From NCBI RefSeq assembly GCF_963921235.1, contig NC_086100.1, positions 36,828,001 to 36,892,000 on the forward strand: a DNA stretch of 64,000 bases, written 5' to 3'. The DNA is from Mobula hypostoma. Taxonomy: Eukaryota. The notes under the pieces were generated by a model. It saw only the letters and a program-made list of their open reading frames with translations, was not told where the DNA came from and searched no databases. The position numbers and the translations under genes are program-made. Positions within the stretch are counted from its first letter, which is position 1. The number at the start of each line of letters is the position of its first letter. Positions 48,580 through 62,879 of the stretch are shown piece by piece.

Positions 48580-51500
48580 TTAGTTTGAGGGTTTAAAGTA
48601 ATTTGCAAGGGGGATGGGACCCAGAGCAATAGAGCAGTGGAAGAAGTGCATGGAGTAAAGCCAGATCTAACATATAAAGAGGCTTTGAGGAAAGAGAAGC
48701 AGAATAAAGGGTGTAAAGGTAGTAAGGTAGAAGTGTGTGTACTTCAAGGCAAGAAGCATCAGGAACAAAGGTGATGAACTGAGAGCTTGGAATTATGATG
48801 TAGTGGCCATTACAGAGACTTGGCTGGCACCAGAGCAGGAATGGATTCTCAATATTCCTGGATTTCAGTGCTTTAAGAGGGATAGAGAGGGGTGGCATTA
48901 CTGGTCAGCGATACTATTACAGCTACAGAAAGGGTAGGTAATGTAGCAGGATCCTCTTTTGAGTCAGTATGGGTGGAAGTCAGGAACAGGAAGGGAGCAG
49001 TTACTCTATTGGGGGTATTCTATAGGCCCCCTGGTAGCAGCAGAGATACAGAGGAGCAGATTGGGAGGCAGATTTTGGAAAGGTGCAAAAATAATAGGGT
49101 TGTTATCATGGGTGACTTTAACTTCCCTAATATTGATTGGCGCCTGATTAGACGGGTCAGAGTTTGTTAAGTGAGTCCAGGATGGATTCCTGTCACAGTA
49201 TATTGACAGGCCGACTATGGGGAATGCCATACTAGATCTAGTATTAGGTAACGAACCAAGCCAGGTCACAGATCTCTCAGTGGGTGAGCATCTGGGGGAC
49301 AGTGACCACTGCTCCCTGGCCTTTAGCATTATCATGGAAAAGGATAGAATCAGAGAGGACAGGAAAATTTTTAATTGGGGAAGGGCAAATTATGAGGCTA
49401 TAAGGCTAGAACTTGTGGGTGTAAATTGGGATGATGTTTTTGCAGGGAAATGTACTATGGACATGTGGTCAATGTTTGGGAATCTCTTGCAGGATGTTAG
49501 GGATAAATTTGTCCTGGTGAGGAAGATAAAGAATGGTAGGGCGAAGGAACCATGGGTGACAAGTGAGGTGGAAAATCTAGTCAGGTGGAAGAAGGCAGCA
49601 TACATGAGGTTCAGGAAGCAAGGATCAGATGGGTCTGTTGAGGAATATAGGGTAGCAAGAAAGAGCTTAAGAAGGGGCTGAGGAGAGCAAGAAAGGGGCA
49701 TGAGAAGGCCTTGGCGAGTAGGGTAAAGGAAAACCCCAAAGCATTCTTCTATTATGTGAAGAACAAAAGGATGACAGGAGTGAAGGTAGGACCGATTAGA
49801 GATAAAGGTGGGAAGATGTGCCTGGAGGCTGTGGAAGTGAGCGAGGTCCTCAATGAATACATCTCTTCGGTATTCACCAATGAGAGGGAACTTGATCATG
49901 GTGAGGACAATATGAGTGAGGTTGATGTTCTGGAGCATATTGATATTAAGGGAGAGGAGGTGTTGGAGTTATTAAAATACGTTAGGATGGATGAGTCCCC
50001 GGGACCTGACGGAATATTCCCCAGGGTGCTCCACGAGGCGAGAGAAGAGATTGCTGAGCCTCTGGCTAGGATCCTTATGTCTTCGTTGTCCACAGGAATG
50101 GTACCAGAGGATTGGAGGGAGGCGAATGTTGTCCCCTTGTTCTAAAAAGGTAGTAGGGATAGTCCGGGTAATTATAGACCAGTGAGCATTACGTCTGTGG
50201 TGGGAAAGCTCTTGGAAAAGATTCTTAGAGATAGGATCTCTGGGCATTTAGAGAATCATGGTCTGATCAGGGATAGTCAGCATGGCTTTGTGAAGGGCTG
50301 ATCGTGTCTAACAAGCCTGATAGAGTTCTTTGAGGAGGTGACCAGGCATATAGATGAGGGTAGTGCAGTGGGCGTGATCTATATGGATTTTAGTAAGGCA
50401 TTTGACAAGGTTCCACACGATAGGCTTATTCAGAAAGTCAGAAGGCATGGGATCCAGGGAAGTTTAGCCAGGTGGATTCAGAATTGGTTTGCCTGCATAA
50501 AGCAGTGGATCATGGTGGAGGGAGTACATTTGTATTAGAGGGTTGTGACTAGTGGTGTCCCACAAGGATCTGTTCTGGGACCTCTACTTTTCGTGATTTT
50601 TATTAGTGCAAGTTTGCAGAAGACACAAAGGTTAGTGGTGTTGTGGATAGTGTAGAGGATTGTGGAAGATTGCAGAGAGACATTGATAGGATGCAGAAGT
50701 GGGCTGAGAAGTAGCAGATGGAGTTCAACCCGGAGAAGTGTGAGGTGGTACACTTTGCAAGGACAAACTCCAAGGCAGAGTACAAAGTAAATGGCAGGAT
50801 ACTTGGTAGTGTGGAGGTGCAGAGGGATCTCGGGGTACATGTCCACCGGTCCCTGAAAGTTGCCTCACAGGTAGATAGGGTAGTTAAGAAAGCTTATGGG
50901 GTATTAGCTTTCGTAAGTCGAGAGATAGAGTTTAAGAGTCGTGATGTAATGAAGCAGCTCTATAAAACTCTGGTTAGGCTACACTTGGAGTACTGTGTCC
51001 AGATCTGGTTGCCTCACTATAGGAAGGATGTGGAAGCATTGGAAAGGGTACTGAGGAGATTTACCAGGATGCTGCCTGGTTTAGAAAGTACGCATTATGA
51101 TCAGAGATTAAGGGAGCTAGGGATTTACTCTTTGGAGAGAAGGAGGATGAGAGGAGACATGATAGAGGTGTACAAGATAATAAGAGGAATAGATAGAGTG
51201 GATAGCCAGCGCCTCGTCCCCAGGGCACCACTGCTCAATACAAGAGGATGTGGCTTTAAGGTAAAGGGTGGGATGTTCAAGGGGGATATTAGAGGAAGGT
51301 TTTTTACTCAGAGAGTGGTTGGTGCGTGGAACGCACTGCCTGAGTCAGTGGTGGAGGCAGATAGACTCGTGAATTTTAAAAGACTGCTGGACAGGTATAT
51401 GGAGGAAATTAAGGGGGGTTATATGGGAGGCAGGGTTTAAGGGTTGGCACAACATTGTGGGCCGAAGGGCCTGTACTCTGCTGTACTATTCTATGTTCTG
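48580..51500 (+). mobile_element. Near-complete CR1 LINE ORF2 (endonuclease plus RT), disabled
   Basis: YDVVAITETWL, GVFYRPP, IMGDFNFPNIDW, LGDSDHC, SPGPDGI, YMDFSKAFDKVPH, GVPQGSVLGP, KFAEDTK, FKRLLDRYM; CR1 tail; multiple stops and frameshifts. Confidence 0.95.
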
Positions 51501-51635
51501 TTTCCAGAATCTGTCTTTGATCTATCATTTTCTACCTGGATAATTGTTGAACAACGCTGTCCTTGTTTTTAATGATTAGCTGGAGTTAACTAATATATTT
51601 TATACTAATGTTCCCTCCATAATTGTGTTTTATAG

Positions 51636-51679
51636 CTGGAATCATTTCACTTCTGGATGAAAAAGAACCACAGCTCAAG
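51636..51679 (+). CDS. PSMD1: PSMD1 coding exon 2
   Basis: tttatag|CT GGA...AAG|gtaagt; (A)GIISLLDEKEPQLK, 44 nt. Confidence 0.95.
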
Positions 51680-52396
51680 GTAAGTGCTTCATCTGCAGAG
51701 AAACAATTTGCAAAAGTTGAAGAATTTTCTTTGTTTGGGAAACATTTTATGGAGTATTTTGACTAAAGCTCCAATATTTTTAAGTGTCATCTGATTTTGC
51801 AAATAATTTCAGTGTGAAATGAATGTGAATATCTTGGGAATGAAACCTCTGTTACTCGAATCACAACACTGGCAAAGCAACTAACCTGATTTTTAAATGT
51901 TAAATTTAGGGCAGCATTATGATTGTAATTATCAATGCAACTAGTCAGGTAGGATCTATAGATGATAATGAGCAGTCAGATCTTTCAGCTGAGACCATTC
52001 ATCAGGATGCGATCCATTGGGACCTCATCTTGATAAATGATCTTGGGCCCAAAACATTGACTATTCATTTTCCTCCATGGGTGCCTGGCATGCTGAGTTT
52101 TTCCAGCTATTTTTTTTATTGTGTTGATCCAGATTTTTAGCACCTGCAGTCCCCCTTGTGTCTCTAGATTGTCGTTACGATGTTTCAGCTTTTGTGTCTC
52201 TTCATTACCATGAATATTGAGGAGTTTTATTTGTTACTGCTTTGGTGTCATTCTGAGGCATAAGGGTTTTCAAGGTGTGAATGAGAAAGACCTGCAGCTT
52301 CTTTTGTGCTCTCATCTAAAGAAAGAGCATACAATACACACTGTTTAGATATCAAAATATATTCTGTGCCTTTATTTTTTTTTCACTGTGTTCCAG

Positions 52397-52470
52397 GAGT
52401 TTGCTCTGCACAAGCTGAACTCTGTTGTCAATGACTTCTGGGCTGAAATTTCAGAATCCGTGGTTAAAAT
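52397..52470 (+). CDS. PSMD1: PSMD1 coding exon 3
   Basis: ttccag|GAG...AT|gtaagg; [24 protein letters not shown](I), 74 nt. Confidence 0.95.
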
Positions 52471-52756
52471 GTAAGGCATTTGTTTTTTGAATATTTTTCC
52501 TAGCAAATACCTCTCTGACTTGCTATGGTAATTAAAATTGATGGACTTATTAATGTAATTCACCAGTGGAGCTTTTGTACTTAAGGTCATTTGTATTTCT
52601 GTACCTTGTTTCTGTATGCTTATGCATAATTTCTTGTGGTTTGATCGTTATAGAATGGTATGGTATCTTTGTATTCCATTATTCACAAATGAATGAAGAT
52701 TGATGATATTGATTTGCGTTACCCATACCTAGGCAAAATTTATAATCAACGTCTAA

Positions 52757-52960
<204 letters not shown>

Positions 52961-53149
52961 TAGCAATATTCTAATTTCTATTCCTTGAATGTGAATTTTG
53001 TGAATTATTTTGTGATGCATGTTATACACTGATAATGTGGCACTAAAGGAACATAGTGGATCTTTGAGCTCATGTATCACCTGTTGATGTTTTAATATTT
53101 TGTGGAAATTTAATTTTGAAGAGTATAAAATTACTTCTATACTCTGATG

Positions 53150-53300
53150 AATAAACTGTTCTCGGACTTCCAGTCAGGTACAAGTATCAATTATAACCGG
53201 CATTTCGATGATATCTTCATAATAGACGGCGGTGTTTGTCATGGAAATGTTGTTTATAATCAATACCTGTATCTGACTAGAAGCCCAAGAAGAGTTTGTT
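53150..53300. repeat. Imperfect palindrome, probably Penelope pLTR-derived
   Basis: 53150-53198 versus the reverse complement of 53252-53300: 39 of 49 identical; pairing extends inward (catttcgatga / tcatggaaatg). Confidence 0.7.
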
Positions 53301-54248
53301 TGTCTTGTACGCAGGAAAAGCACTAGGTCCTTTTTCAAATTGCTGTCTGATTTCTAATCTTGCAACTCTCATTTTTTGGACTTGCATAAATTTTCTGATT
53401 TGTAATGATAAAACTGTCATAGTGCAATCAAGAAGAGAACTTTAGGATTTCCATCAAGTGGCAGTGCAGGAATGCTGATATATTTCCAAATCAAGATGGT
53501 GTGTGATTTGGAGGAGAAGTTGCAGAGGATGATGTTCCCATGTGCCCACTGCTCTTTTTGTTGCTGACAGAGGCTGTGGTTTAGTGAACTGTACTCCGAG
53601 TGCTTTATAGAAGTACAGTTCAGATAGAACAAATTTGTAACCATGTCATGCTGTTGGTGGAGGTAATGAAGACTTAGTTAAGTGGATGCCAATTAAATGG
53701 ATTGCTTTGTTTTGGATTGCATCAAGCTTCTTGAATGGTTTTCTTGGCATGTGGAGACTATTCTATCATATTCCAGACTTGTGGCTTGTAGATGGTGGAA
53801 AGGCTTTGGGATATCAAGTACAATGTTAGACTAATAAAGCTGGAGTATTTCTATTTGGAGCTTACTTACTAGATTGAGGGGATTTGATGGAGGTGTACAA
53901 ACAAATAACAGTTTTAGATGGAAGGAATAGAATGAATCTGTTCCCAATAGCAGATGTTTCAGAGTTAAACCGTGGGGCAAAAGGTGCAGGGGTACATGAG
54001 GAATAACTCTTTGCAGCTCAGCATGGTTTTAAACTGAAATTCACTGGTTGTACAAATGACAGAAATGATCAGCCAATGCCTCCAAAAGGTAATTATTTTA
54101 GCATGATAGCTATGGAATCGTTTCAGTACACATACAAGGAAAGATTTAGAACTCCAGTGCCTTGAGGCAACGCAATGAGTAGTCGTAACTTTGTTCATAT
54201 GAAAAAGGTTTACAATAGTTTAAATGTTTGTATTTTTTTTTGTTGTAG

Positions 54249-54454
54249 CTAAATGTATTGATCATTATACAAAACTTCGAGTTGAAAATAGAGAAATACC
54301 CAATGGTGAGGAGAAACCTATTGACCCTCGATTGGAAGGTATTGTTAATAAGATGTTCCAACGGTGTTTTGATGACCACAAATACAAACAAGCTATTGGC
54401 ATTGCTTTGGAGACTAGGAGGCTTGATGTCTTTGAAAAAGTGATTCTTGAATCT
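54249..54454 (+). CDS. PSMD1: PSMD1 coding exon 5
   Basis: ttgtag|CT AAA...TCT|gtaagt; KCIDHYTK...[25 protein letters not shown], 206 nt. Confidence 0.96.
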
Positions 54455-55229
54455 GTAAGTATTTCTATTGTTAATGTTTATGAAAGTTCTGCTTTTTTTT
54501 TTCCTTCCCCCACTTCTTTTATTGTTTTAGTAGTTAATACTGCCATTTTAGTAAATCTACAATGTGGAAATTTCAAAATAGTGTCACGGAAGAGACGAAG
54601 ATATATTGTCCTGTGGTTAATTTGTATTTAGTTTCAAGTTCCAGGTAACTGTCATAAAACATGTACACAGCTAACTAATATATTGTTCCTCTGGAGCAAA
54701 GGTGCAAAACACAGCTCATACAGTTATGATCCAGCACGTATAGTCACAAAATAATATTAGTACAAGTCCCTGAGCAGAATGGCCTGAATGACAGGTTGAC
54801 ATAAAGTACAAAATGTATGTTTATGTAAAACAGTATGATGTCACTGGCACTATTGTAACAAAGCAAGCAGTGGTATAACTGTGAAACAGCCGCAATGAAA
54901 AGTGACCAGAGCGCAGGTTGAGAGTGTGTCAGTGAATTGCAGAGTGGTAGGGATGGATGGACGCTGGGTGCAGAGCATTCAGACAGGGTGCATATGTGTG
55001 CTGGGTGGCAACAGGGTGTTAAGAAGTCTAACAGGTTGGGAGGAGAAGCTGTAATCCAGCCTGGCTGATCCGGTTCTGATGCTGCAGTACCTTCTGCTCT
55101 TAGCTGCAAATGACAGGATGCCTTTTGGTAAGAATGTCTGTTCATTTAGTGAAGTCCATTAGGTATAACATACCAACAAAACAATGTTTGCAGAATGGTG
55201 CCATATTTAACTCTTCTATTCTTTCACAG

Positions 55230-55373
55230 AACGATATCTCTGGGATGCTTGCATACAGTGTAAAAGTGTGCATGTCACTGATGCAGAATAAGCAATTCAG
55301 GAATGAAGTCCTTCGTGTTCTGGTCAAGCTGTATATGAATCTGGAAAAACCAGATTTTATTAATGTGTGTCAG
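55230..55373 (+). CDS. PSMD1: PSMD1 coding exon 6
   Basis: tttcacag|AAC...CAG|gtaata; [10 protein letters not shown]...[10 protein letters not shown], 144 nt. Confidence 0.96.
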
Positions 55374-56379
55374 GTAATACCATTTTCAAGTGCTAACCAC
55401 AAACCCAAGTTAAGGATTTTCAGTAGTGCTTCCATGGGAACATTTCTATCTGAAGCCAATGTATATAAATTCATAAAAAGTAGAAAATGCTGAAAGTACT
55501 CTGCAGGTCAAGCAGCATCTGTTTTAAGCACTGAAAAGTTGACTCTATTTTTCTCTCTCTGCATATGACCTGTTGAGTATCTCTTGAATTTTCTGTTTCC
55601 ATTTTAGGTTTTGTTCATCAGTTTTTGTTTCTAGGCAACTTATTGTTCTTACAAAATTGTTAAAACAAATATCAGTTACACTCCACTACCTCCCCATTCC
55701 TATTTGCATTTATCTTGGGCTGTGAATAAATGCCAGAAATTAGTTGATTTTGTACCTAACCCTCTCATCTGGCATTTCCCGTAAGCATTTTTTGCAGGCG
55801 AGCAGTTATTACATCTTTTGAAGGCAATTTAGAAATAGTTACTGTATCTCTCCTGGTCTCCCCTGTACGGACTCCCAGGAATTTATTATTGCTTCAGCTG
55901 TGGAAAGCAAAAATATAATTAATTGAATCGGAATATTAAGGGTTTGAAAGAGAAATGATGGAGAGATGTTTTAATATAAGATGTTGTGCAATTCCCATAA
56001 AAAATCTTGTGACTCTTTGACTATCACCCTATTAATAACAGAGTTCTACTGGAGTAAATCCCTATTTCAGTGTTTTAAGATTTGAAATTGCAAATAATTC
56101 ATTAAGAAAGCACAGCTATTTGAGCACATGAAGGTTTAGAGTATCTATGTTAGCTGGTGGTTAGGCTGAACTATGATTCTAAGATATTTTCCTGCTTGCT
56201 GTACATTATTGTGTGGTTTTTAGCAAATATTCATTGCAGATAAGATTCATAGTCGCAAATTTGCAAATACGGTGGATGTAAATTTGTAAAAGACATTTTT
56301 AATACCATTTAGGAGAAGAATTGTTTAATAAAAACACACTTGATTTTATCATAACTGAGATCTTGAATAAATTGATTGA

Positions 56380-56739
<360 letters not shown>

Positions 56740-57429
56740 TAAAAGCGCAGTATTTTCTTGTAGCAGAACTTGTTGAGTGATATGCAGTGATTGTTATTTT
56801 TAAGAATATTGAGATGCTGATACCATGACAATACCTCCTGAACTTCCTTTGACTTCACAAGTGTAGTACTGTCATTTTCTGTACTAAATGGCAGTTGCTT
56901 GCAGCATTTTCAAATCTGAGTGTACTTTAGGGAACTGTTTAAATTATATTATGTCAAATAGTTCTGTTAACTGCACACTGACAAAGTAGCAACACAACAT
57001 TTAACTTTTTGGGATGTTTTCATACATTACTTATGAGACCGATGATTTTAGATATGAACGTGACGGCAAGAAACTTCTGTGGGAATAGCTACTCAGTGGT
57101 GAGTGGCATTTAAAACGATGATATGTTAAATTTGTACACTGTGAAAAGGACAGTTAGTGAGATATAAAGAGTATAGGTTGTTCCACTCTTTCAGGGTTAC
57201 TGAACTGCAGTACAATTTGGTATGATAGTCTGCCTTTTTATTGCACAGGTAAGCAATGGCAGGAATTTCTGTGGGCTGTTTGGAAGGCACAGGATAGATA
57301 CGTCCCAAAGATGAAGAAGTATTCTAAAGAGCAGATGAGGCAGCTGTGGCTGAAAAGGAAAGGAGAGGGTGTATAATAGAGCAAAAATTAGTGAGAAGTT
57401 AGAGGATTGAGAAGCAGAAGACAACTAAT

Positions 57430-58835
57430 ACAGAAAAGGCTGGAGGAACTTGGCAGGTCAGGCAACATCTTTGGAAATGAATAAGCAGTTAACGTTTCAT
57501 GTTGAGACCCCTCTTCAGGACTGGAAAGGAAGGGGAATATGCCAGGGTGAAAAGGTTGAGGGGAGTGGAAGGAGGATAGCTAGGAAGTGATATGTGAAGT
57601 TAGGTGGGTAGGAAAGATAAAGGGCTGGAGAGGAAGGAGGTGACAGGCAGGTGAGAAGAGGTAAGATGCCAGAGTGGGGAATAGAAGAAGAGGGGAGGGG
57701 GAGAGATTCTTTTATTTTTTACCAGAAGGAGAAATCGATATTCATGCCATCAGGTTGAAGGCTACCCAGACGGACTATAAGGTGTTGCTTCTCCACCCTG
57801 AGGGTGGCCTCATCTTGATGCAAGAAGAGGCCATGGGTTAACATGTCGGAACGGGAGTGGGAATGAGAATTAAACTGTTTGGCCACCAGGAAGTTCCACT
57901 TTGCTGGATGGTGCAGAGGTGCTCAACAAAGTGGTCCCCTAAATAACAACGGGGCTCACCAGTGTAGAGGAGGCCATATCAGGAACATCGGACACAATAG
58001 ACAACCCCAGCAGATTCACAGGTGAAGTGTTGTTTCGTATGGAAGGACTGTTTGGTGCCCTGAATGCAGGTGAGGGAGGAGGTGAGTAGTGTAGGTGTAG
58101 CATTTTCGGGAATAAGTGCTGGGAGAGCGATTAGTGGGGAGGGATGAGTAGACAAGGGAATCACGGAGGCAGCGATCCCGGAAAGTGGTTGGGGGAAGGA
58201 CATAAAGATATGCGTGGTGGTAGGATCCGTTTGGGGATGGTGGAAGTTACAGAGGATGATGTGTTGGATGCGGAGGCTCATGGGGTGGCGGGTGAGGATA
58301 AGAGGAACTCTATCGCCATTAAAGCCGGTGGGAAGATTGGGTGAGCACAGATGTTCGGGAAATAAAGGAAATGCAGGTGAGGGGAGCATCAATAGTGGAG
58401 GAAGGGATTAGCATTTTTACAGGAGATACGGTGGGAAGGGCTGTAGTCAAGATAACCGTGGGAATCAGTAGGTTTATAAAAGATGTCGGACAACAGTTTG
58501 TCTCCAGAGATTGAGAAAGGGGAGGGAGGTGTCAGAAATGGACCAAGTGAAGTTAAGGGCAGAGTGGAAGTTAGAGGCACAGTTAATGAAATTTTGAGCT
58601 CAGCATTGTTGCATGAAGCAGCACCAATCATCAGTGTAGCAAGGGAAGAGTTGGGGAGCATTACTGGGGAAGGCTTGAAACGTAGACTGCTCTTTGTAGG
58701 CAAAGAAGAAGCAGGCATAGCTTGGGCCCAAATGGGTGCCCATAGATACCCCCTGAGTGGGAGGAGCTGAAGGAAAAATTGCTGAGGATGAGGACTAGTT
58801 CTGCCAGACTGAGGAAGGGTGGTGGTGAAGGGGAA
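57430..58835 (-). mobile_element. Penelope-like element (RT, GIY-YIG, pLTR)
   Basis: GVSMGTHLGPSYAC (RT motif B), FYKPTDSHGYLDY (thumb), FTCESAGVVYCVRC (GIY-YIG start). Confidence 0.85.
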
Positions 58836-60600
58836 CTTAAAAAGCCATAAGGTGAGAAATATGAAGGTGAGTTAGCCAATATCATAAAAAGGATACTAGA
58901 AGCATTTTTCCAGATGTGCGAGTCAATATCAGACCACTGGATAAGGATGCTGGACAGGTAGTAATGGGGGACAAAGAAATAGTGGATGTGTTTTTTGTCA
59001 GTTTTCACTTGTATGCCAGAAATTCAAGAGTGTCAGGGGCAGTAATGAATGTAGTTGCTATTACTGAGGAGAAGGTGCTTTGAAACTGAAAGGTGTAAAG
59101 AGAGGTAAGTCACCTGAACCAGATGGATACACCCCAGGGTTCTGAAAGGGGTAGCTGAAGAGATTTTGGAGGCATTAATAGATCTGCCAAGAATCACTAG
59201 ATTCTGGAATGGTTTCAGAAGATTAGAAAATTGCAAGTATCACTCCACTCTGTGAAGGAGGGAGGTAGGCAGAAGAAAGGAAATTGTAGGTCATTTAGCC
59301 TGACTTCAGTGGTTGGGAAGATATTAGAGTCCATTTTTAAGGGCAAGTTTTTGGGGTACTTGGAGGTGGATGAAACAGCATGGTTTCCTTAAGGGGAAAT
59401 CTTGCCTGACAGATCTGTTTGAATACTTTGAGGAAATAACAGGCAGGATGGTAAAAGGAGAGTCAGTGGATGTTGTTTACTTGGATTTTTAGAAGGCCTT
59501 TGACAAAGTGTCATACATGAGGCTGCTTAACAAGGTAAGTACCTATGGTATTACAGGAATGATACTAGTAAGGATAGACAACTGGCTGACTGGCAGGAGG
59601 CAAAGTGTGGGGATCACGGGCCTTTTCTGGTTGACTGCTGGTGAATAATGATGTTCCACAAGGGTTGTTATTGGGCTGTTTTTCACATTATATGTCAACA
59701 ACTTGGATGATGGAATTGATCACTTCGTGGCCAAGTTTGTAGACTACAAAAATAGGCGGAGGGTGGGTAGTGTTGAGGAAGGAGAGAGTTTGCGGAAGGA
59801 CTTGTTTGAGAGAATGGGCAAAAAAGTGACCGATGGAATATAGTGTTGAGAAGTGTATGGCCTTGTACTTTGATAGAAGGAATAAAGATGTAGACTATTT
59901 TCTAAATGGGAGAAATTTCAAAAATCAGGTGCAAAAAGACTTCAGAGTCCTTGTGCAAAATTCCATAAAGGTTAATTTGTGGGTTAAGTCAGTGGTATGG
60001 AAGACAAATGTATGCATTCATTTTGAGATGACTAGAATATAAGAGCAAGGATATGATGCTGAGGCTTTATAAGGCATTGGTCAGATGGCAGCTTGGAGTA
60101 TTGTGGCAGTTTTGGGTCACTTGCATATGAAAAGATGTGCTGGCATTGAAGAGGGTCCAGAGGAAGTTCATGAGAATGATTCGGGGAATGGAAGGGTTAA
60201 CATATGAGGGGCATTTGATGGCTGTAGGTCTGTACTCATTGAAAACTATGGAATATTGAAAGGCCGAGACAGAGTAGATGCGGAGAGAATGTTTTCTATA
60301 GAGCCAGAGGGCAAAACTCCAGAATACAAGGATATCCCTTTAGAGCAGAGATGAGGGGAAATTTCTTTGGCCAAAGGGTGGTGAATCTCTGGAATTCATT
60401 GCCGCAGATGGCTGTGGAGGCCAAGCCTTTGGATGTATTTAAAGTGGAAGTTGATAGGTTCTTTATTAGTAAGGGTGTCAGAGGTTTCTGTGAGAAAACA
60501 GAAGAGTGGGGTTCAGAGGGATAATCTATCAACCACAATAGAATGACAGAGCAGATTTGATAGGCTGAGTGGCTTAATTGTGTTCCTGTGTCTTGTGGTT
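58836..60600 (+). mobile_element. CR1 LINE ORF2 RT and 3' end, degenerate
   Basis: SLTSVVGKILE, VDVVYLDF*KAFDKV, MEYSVEKC, VVNLWNSLP and CR1 tail. Confidence 0.88.
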
Positions 60601-61114
60601 TAATTCACCGCTGTCCCAGACATGTGTAATGGTAAACTCTATAAGATGATATCACTGGAATATGTAATTGAAAAGCCTTTTTTAATACATTTTCTGAATA
60701 TATTCTCACAGATGGGAAGGGATCAGATTTGATTTGGTTCATACCACTGTTGCATGTTGTGGAAGCAGATGTAGCTTTAACCAGTACACTTAAACTTGAG
60801 TGTAAATTGGTTACCTTTTAGAATTGCTCTTTTTGTTATGTACTCCTATAGAAGTATAATTGCAATTCATCAATATTTGAATGTAATGTAACATTAAAGT
60901 GAAAACTTGTATGGGTATTATTTGATGTGGAACAACTTAGTTTCACTTTAATTCCACATAGAAAATGAAATTAATATAGTCCAAAGGGAATACCTGAGAT
61001 GTTAACTCAAGATAATTGGTTTTAAAGATGGATTGTAAGCATAAATTAAGTGAGAAGTATTAATTAAATAAGTCAGTTGATTCTGTATCATTAATACTTT
61101 GAATTTATCTCTAG

Positions 61115-61181
61115 TGAATCCATGGAGACAGACGAAAAGTTGGGAAGTTCTCCAACAGCATCCGTGAAAACCACAGAATTG
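61115..61181 (+). CDS. PSMD1: PSMD1 coding exon 8
   Basis: atctctag|T GAA TCC ATG...TTG|gtgagg; ESMETDEKLGSSPTASVKTTEL, 67 nt; phases fit exons 7 and 9. Confidence 0.88.
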
Positions 61182-62436
61182 GTGAGGAGACGAGAGTATT
61201 TTGTTGTATTTCTTACACTGCTCCTACTTTTCTATACTCCCCTCCGTACCTTTCCACTTCTTCCATATCCCTCTCCATGCTCTTCCACTTCTCCTTGCTT
61301 GGATGAAACACATACTCTTTTTCATTATATTTTCTTTTGGCCATTTTGGGATCTATGGTTTCTCCCAGAAAGATATATGAGGATGTTTGCGTTGTCTAAT
61401 TGGCTGGTGACCAAAAATAACTCTGAATCCTTGACTTTGTTTTTTGTTCCCGATGTGAAGAGTGCTGTTTGAAGTAATTTTGATCTCTTTTTAAAGAGGA
61501 TTTTTTTCCGTATATTTTTTAAAAATTGGGTATTGGAATATTGTTAGAACTAAGACTCTGGAAACTGGTAGGCACAGAACCACTTCCTTTAATCTTAACT
61601 ACAAATGGAATTTGATTAGGGAATTCAAGGTACTTGTCATTAATAAAGTCTTTTATTTTAGTCATGACTGCAGTCCAGTAGATTTGTTATGTTATTTAAT
61701 CTCTACTTTCAATCAATATGTCCACTATTGTGGAAGAAATTGAAGGAAGCCAATAATTTCCTTATGAGAGCTAACTGTGAAGTTAATGTATAATATCTTT
61801 ACGTTTCATGATTGCTTGGAACTTTGCATGGTTCAAGTAACCTTATTTACTGAATTTGGAAAAAAGCTGTAAAAAAAAAAATTTTGTCCAATACGAGGGT
61901 TCCAGCAGGTGGAATTTTAATCTGCATATTTGGATTTCTAATGGAACTTGTGTGGTATTGCAACAGCTTCAATTGCCTTCATTTTTATCAGCCCAGGGGT
62001 ACAAAGAATAATCTTGACACTTTTTTTAATTAGAGTGGCAGAATTCTTTGATTGGGGAGTATCTTGGTCAGTAATTTAGGGAGGAGTTTAAGTTTGAAAC
62101 AATTGCCAATTTATCTTGCTCTACTCCAGCATAGAGAGAGTGGAGATAACTTGATCTTTTGAGGCGTAAAAACATCTGAACTTGGAGTCAAATGGCCTGT
62201 TCTGTGCTATAACTTTTTTTTTTGAGGGGGTGTGAAATGGGTAAATGAGTGTCTGGAGGCTCTACTGTGAGTGTAACCTTGATAATTACATTACTTTTTA
62301 ATTCTAAAATATTTTTTTCTGGAGAATAAATTACAGTTCTTTAATAATCCACATGAATAGTGAATGTGTAATTTGTGAAATTCAAGTACATATATATTGC
62401 TTTATATTTGCAAAATATTTGTGTTTTACTTTTCAG

Positions 62437-62574
62437 ACTTCGGAGTCCAAAGCCTTGCATGATCAGAACACAAAAATGATAAAAATATTAAGTGGTGAAA
62501 TGTCTATTGAATTACATTTGCAGTTTTTAATTCTAAATAACAACACAGACCTTATGATATTAAAAAACACAAAG
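62437..62574 (+). CDS. PSMD1: PSMD1 coding exon 9
   Basis: ttttcag|ACT...AAG|gtaagt; [34 protein letters not shown], 138 nt. Confidence 0.94.
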
Positions 62575-62636
62575 GTAAGTCATTGTCTAAGTTTAATTTT
62601 AGAATTTTATAAGTTATTTCTAATGTCACTCAATAA

Positions 62637-62744
<108 letters not shown>

Positions 62745-62879
62745 TAAATGTATGTTTTCTTTAATTTGTGAAGTAAAATTAAAGCAAAATTGTTTTTTAT
62801 AATAATGGCAATATAGAGTGAGGCCTCTGTGTTAAAATGATGGACCATTCTGTTAAAAGTTAGTAGGGAGAATGGAACC

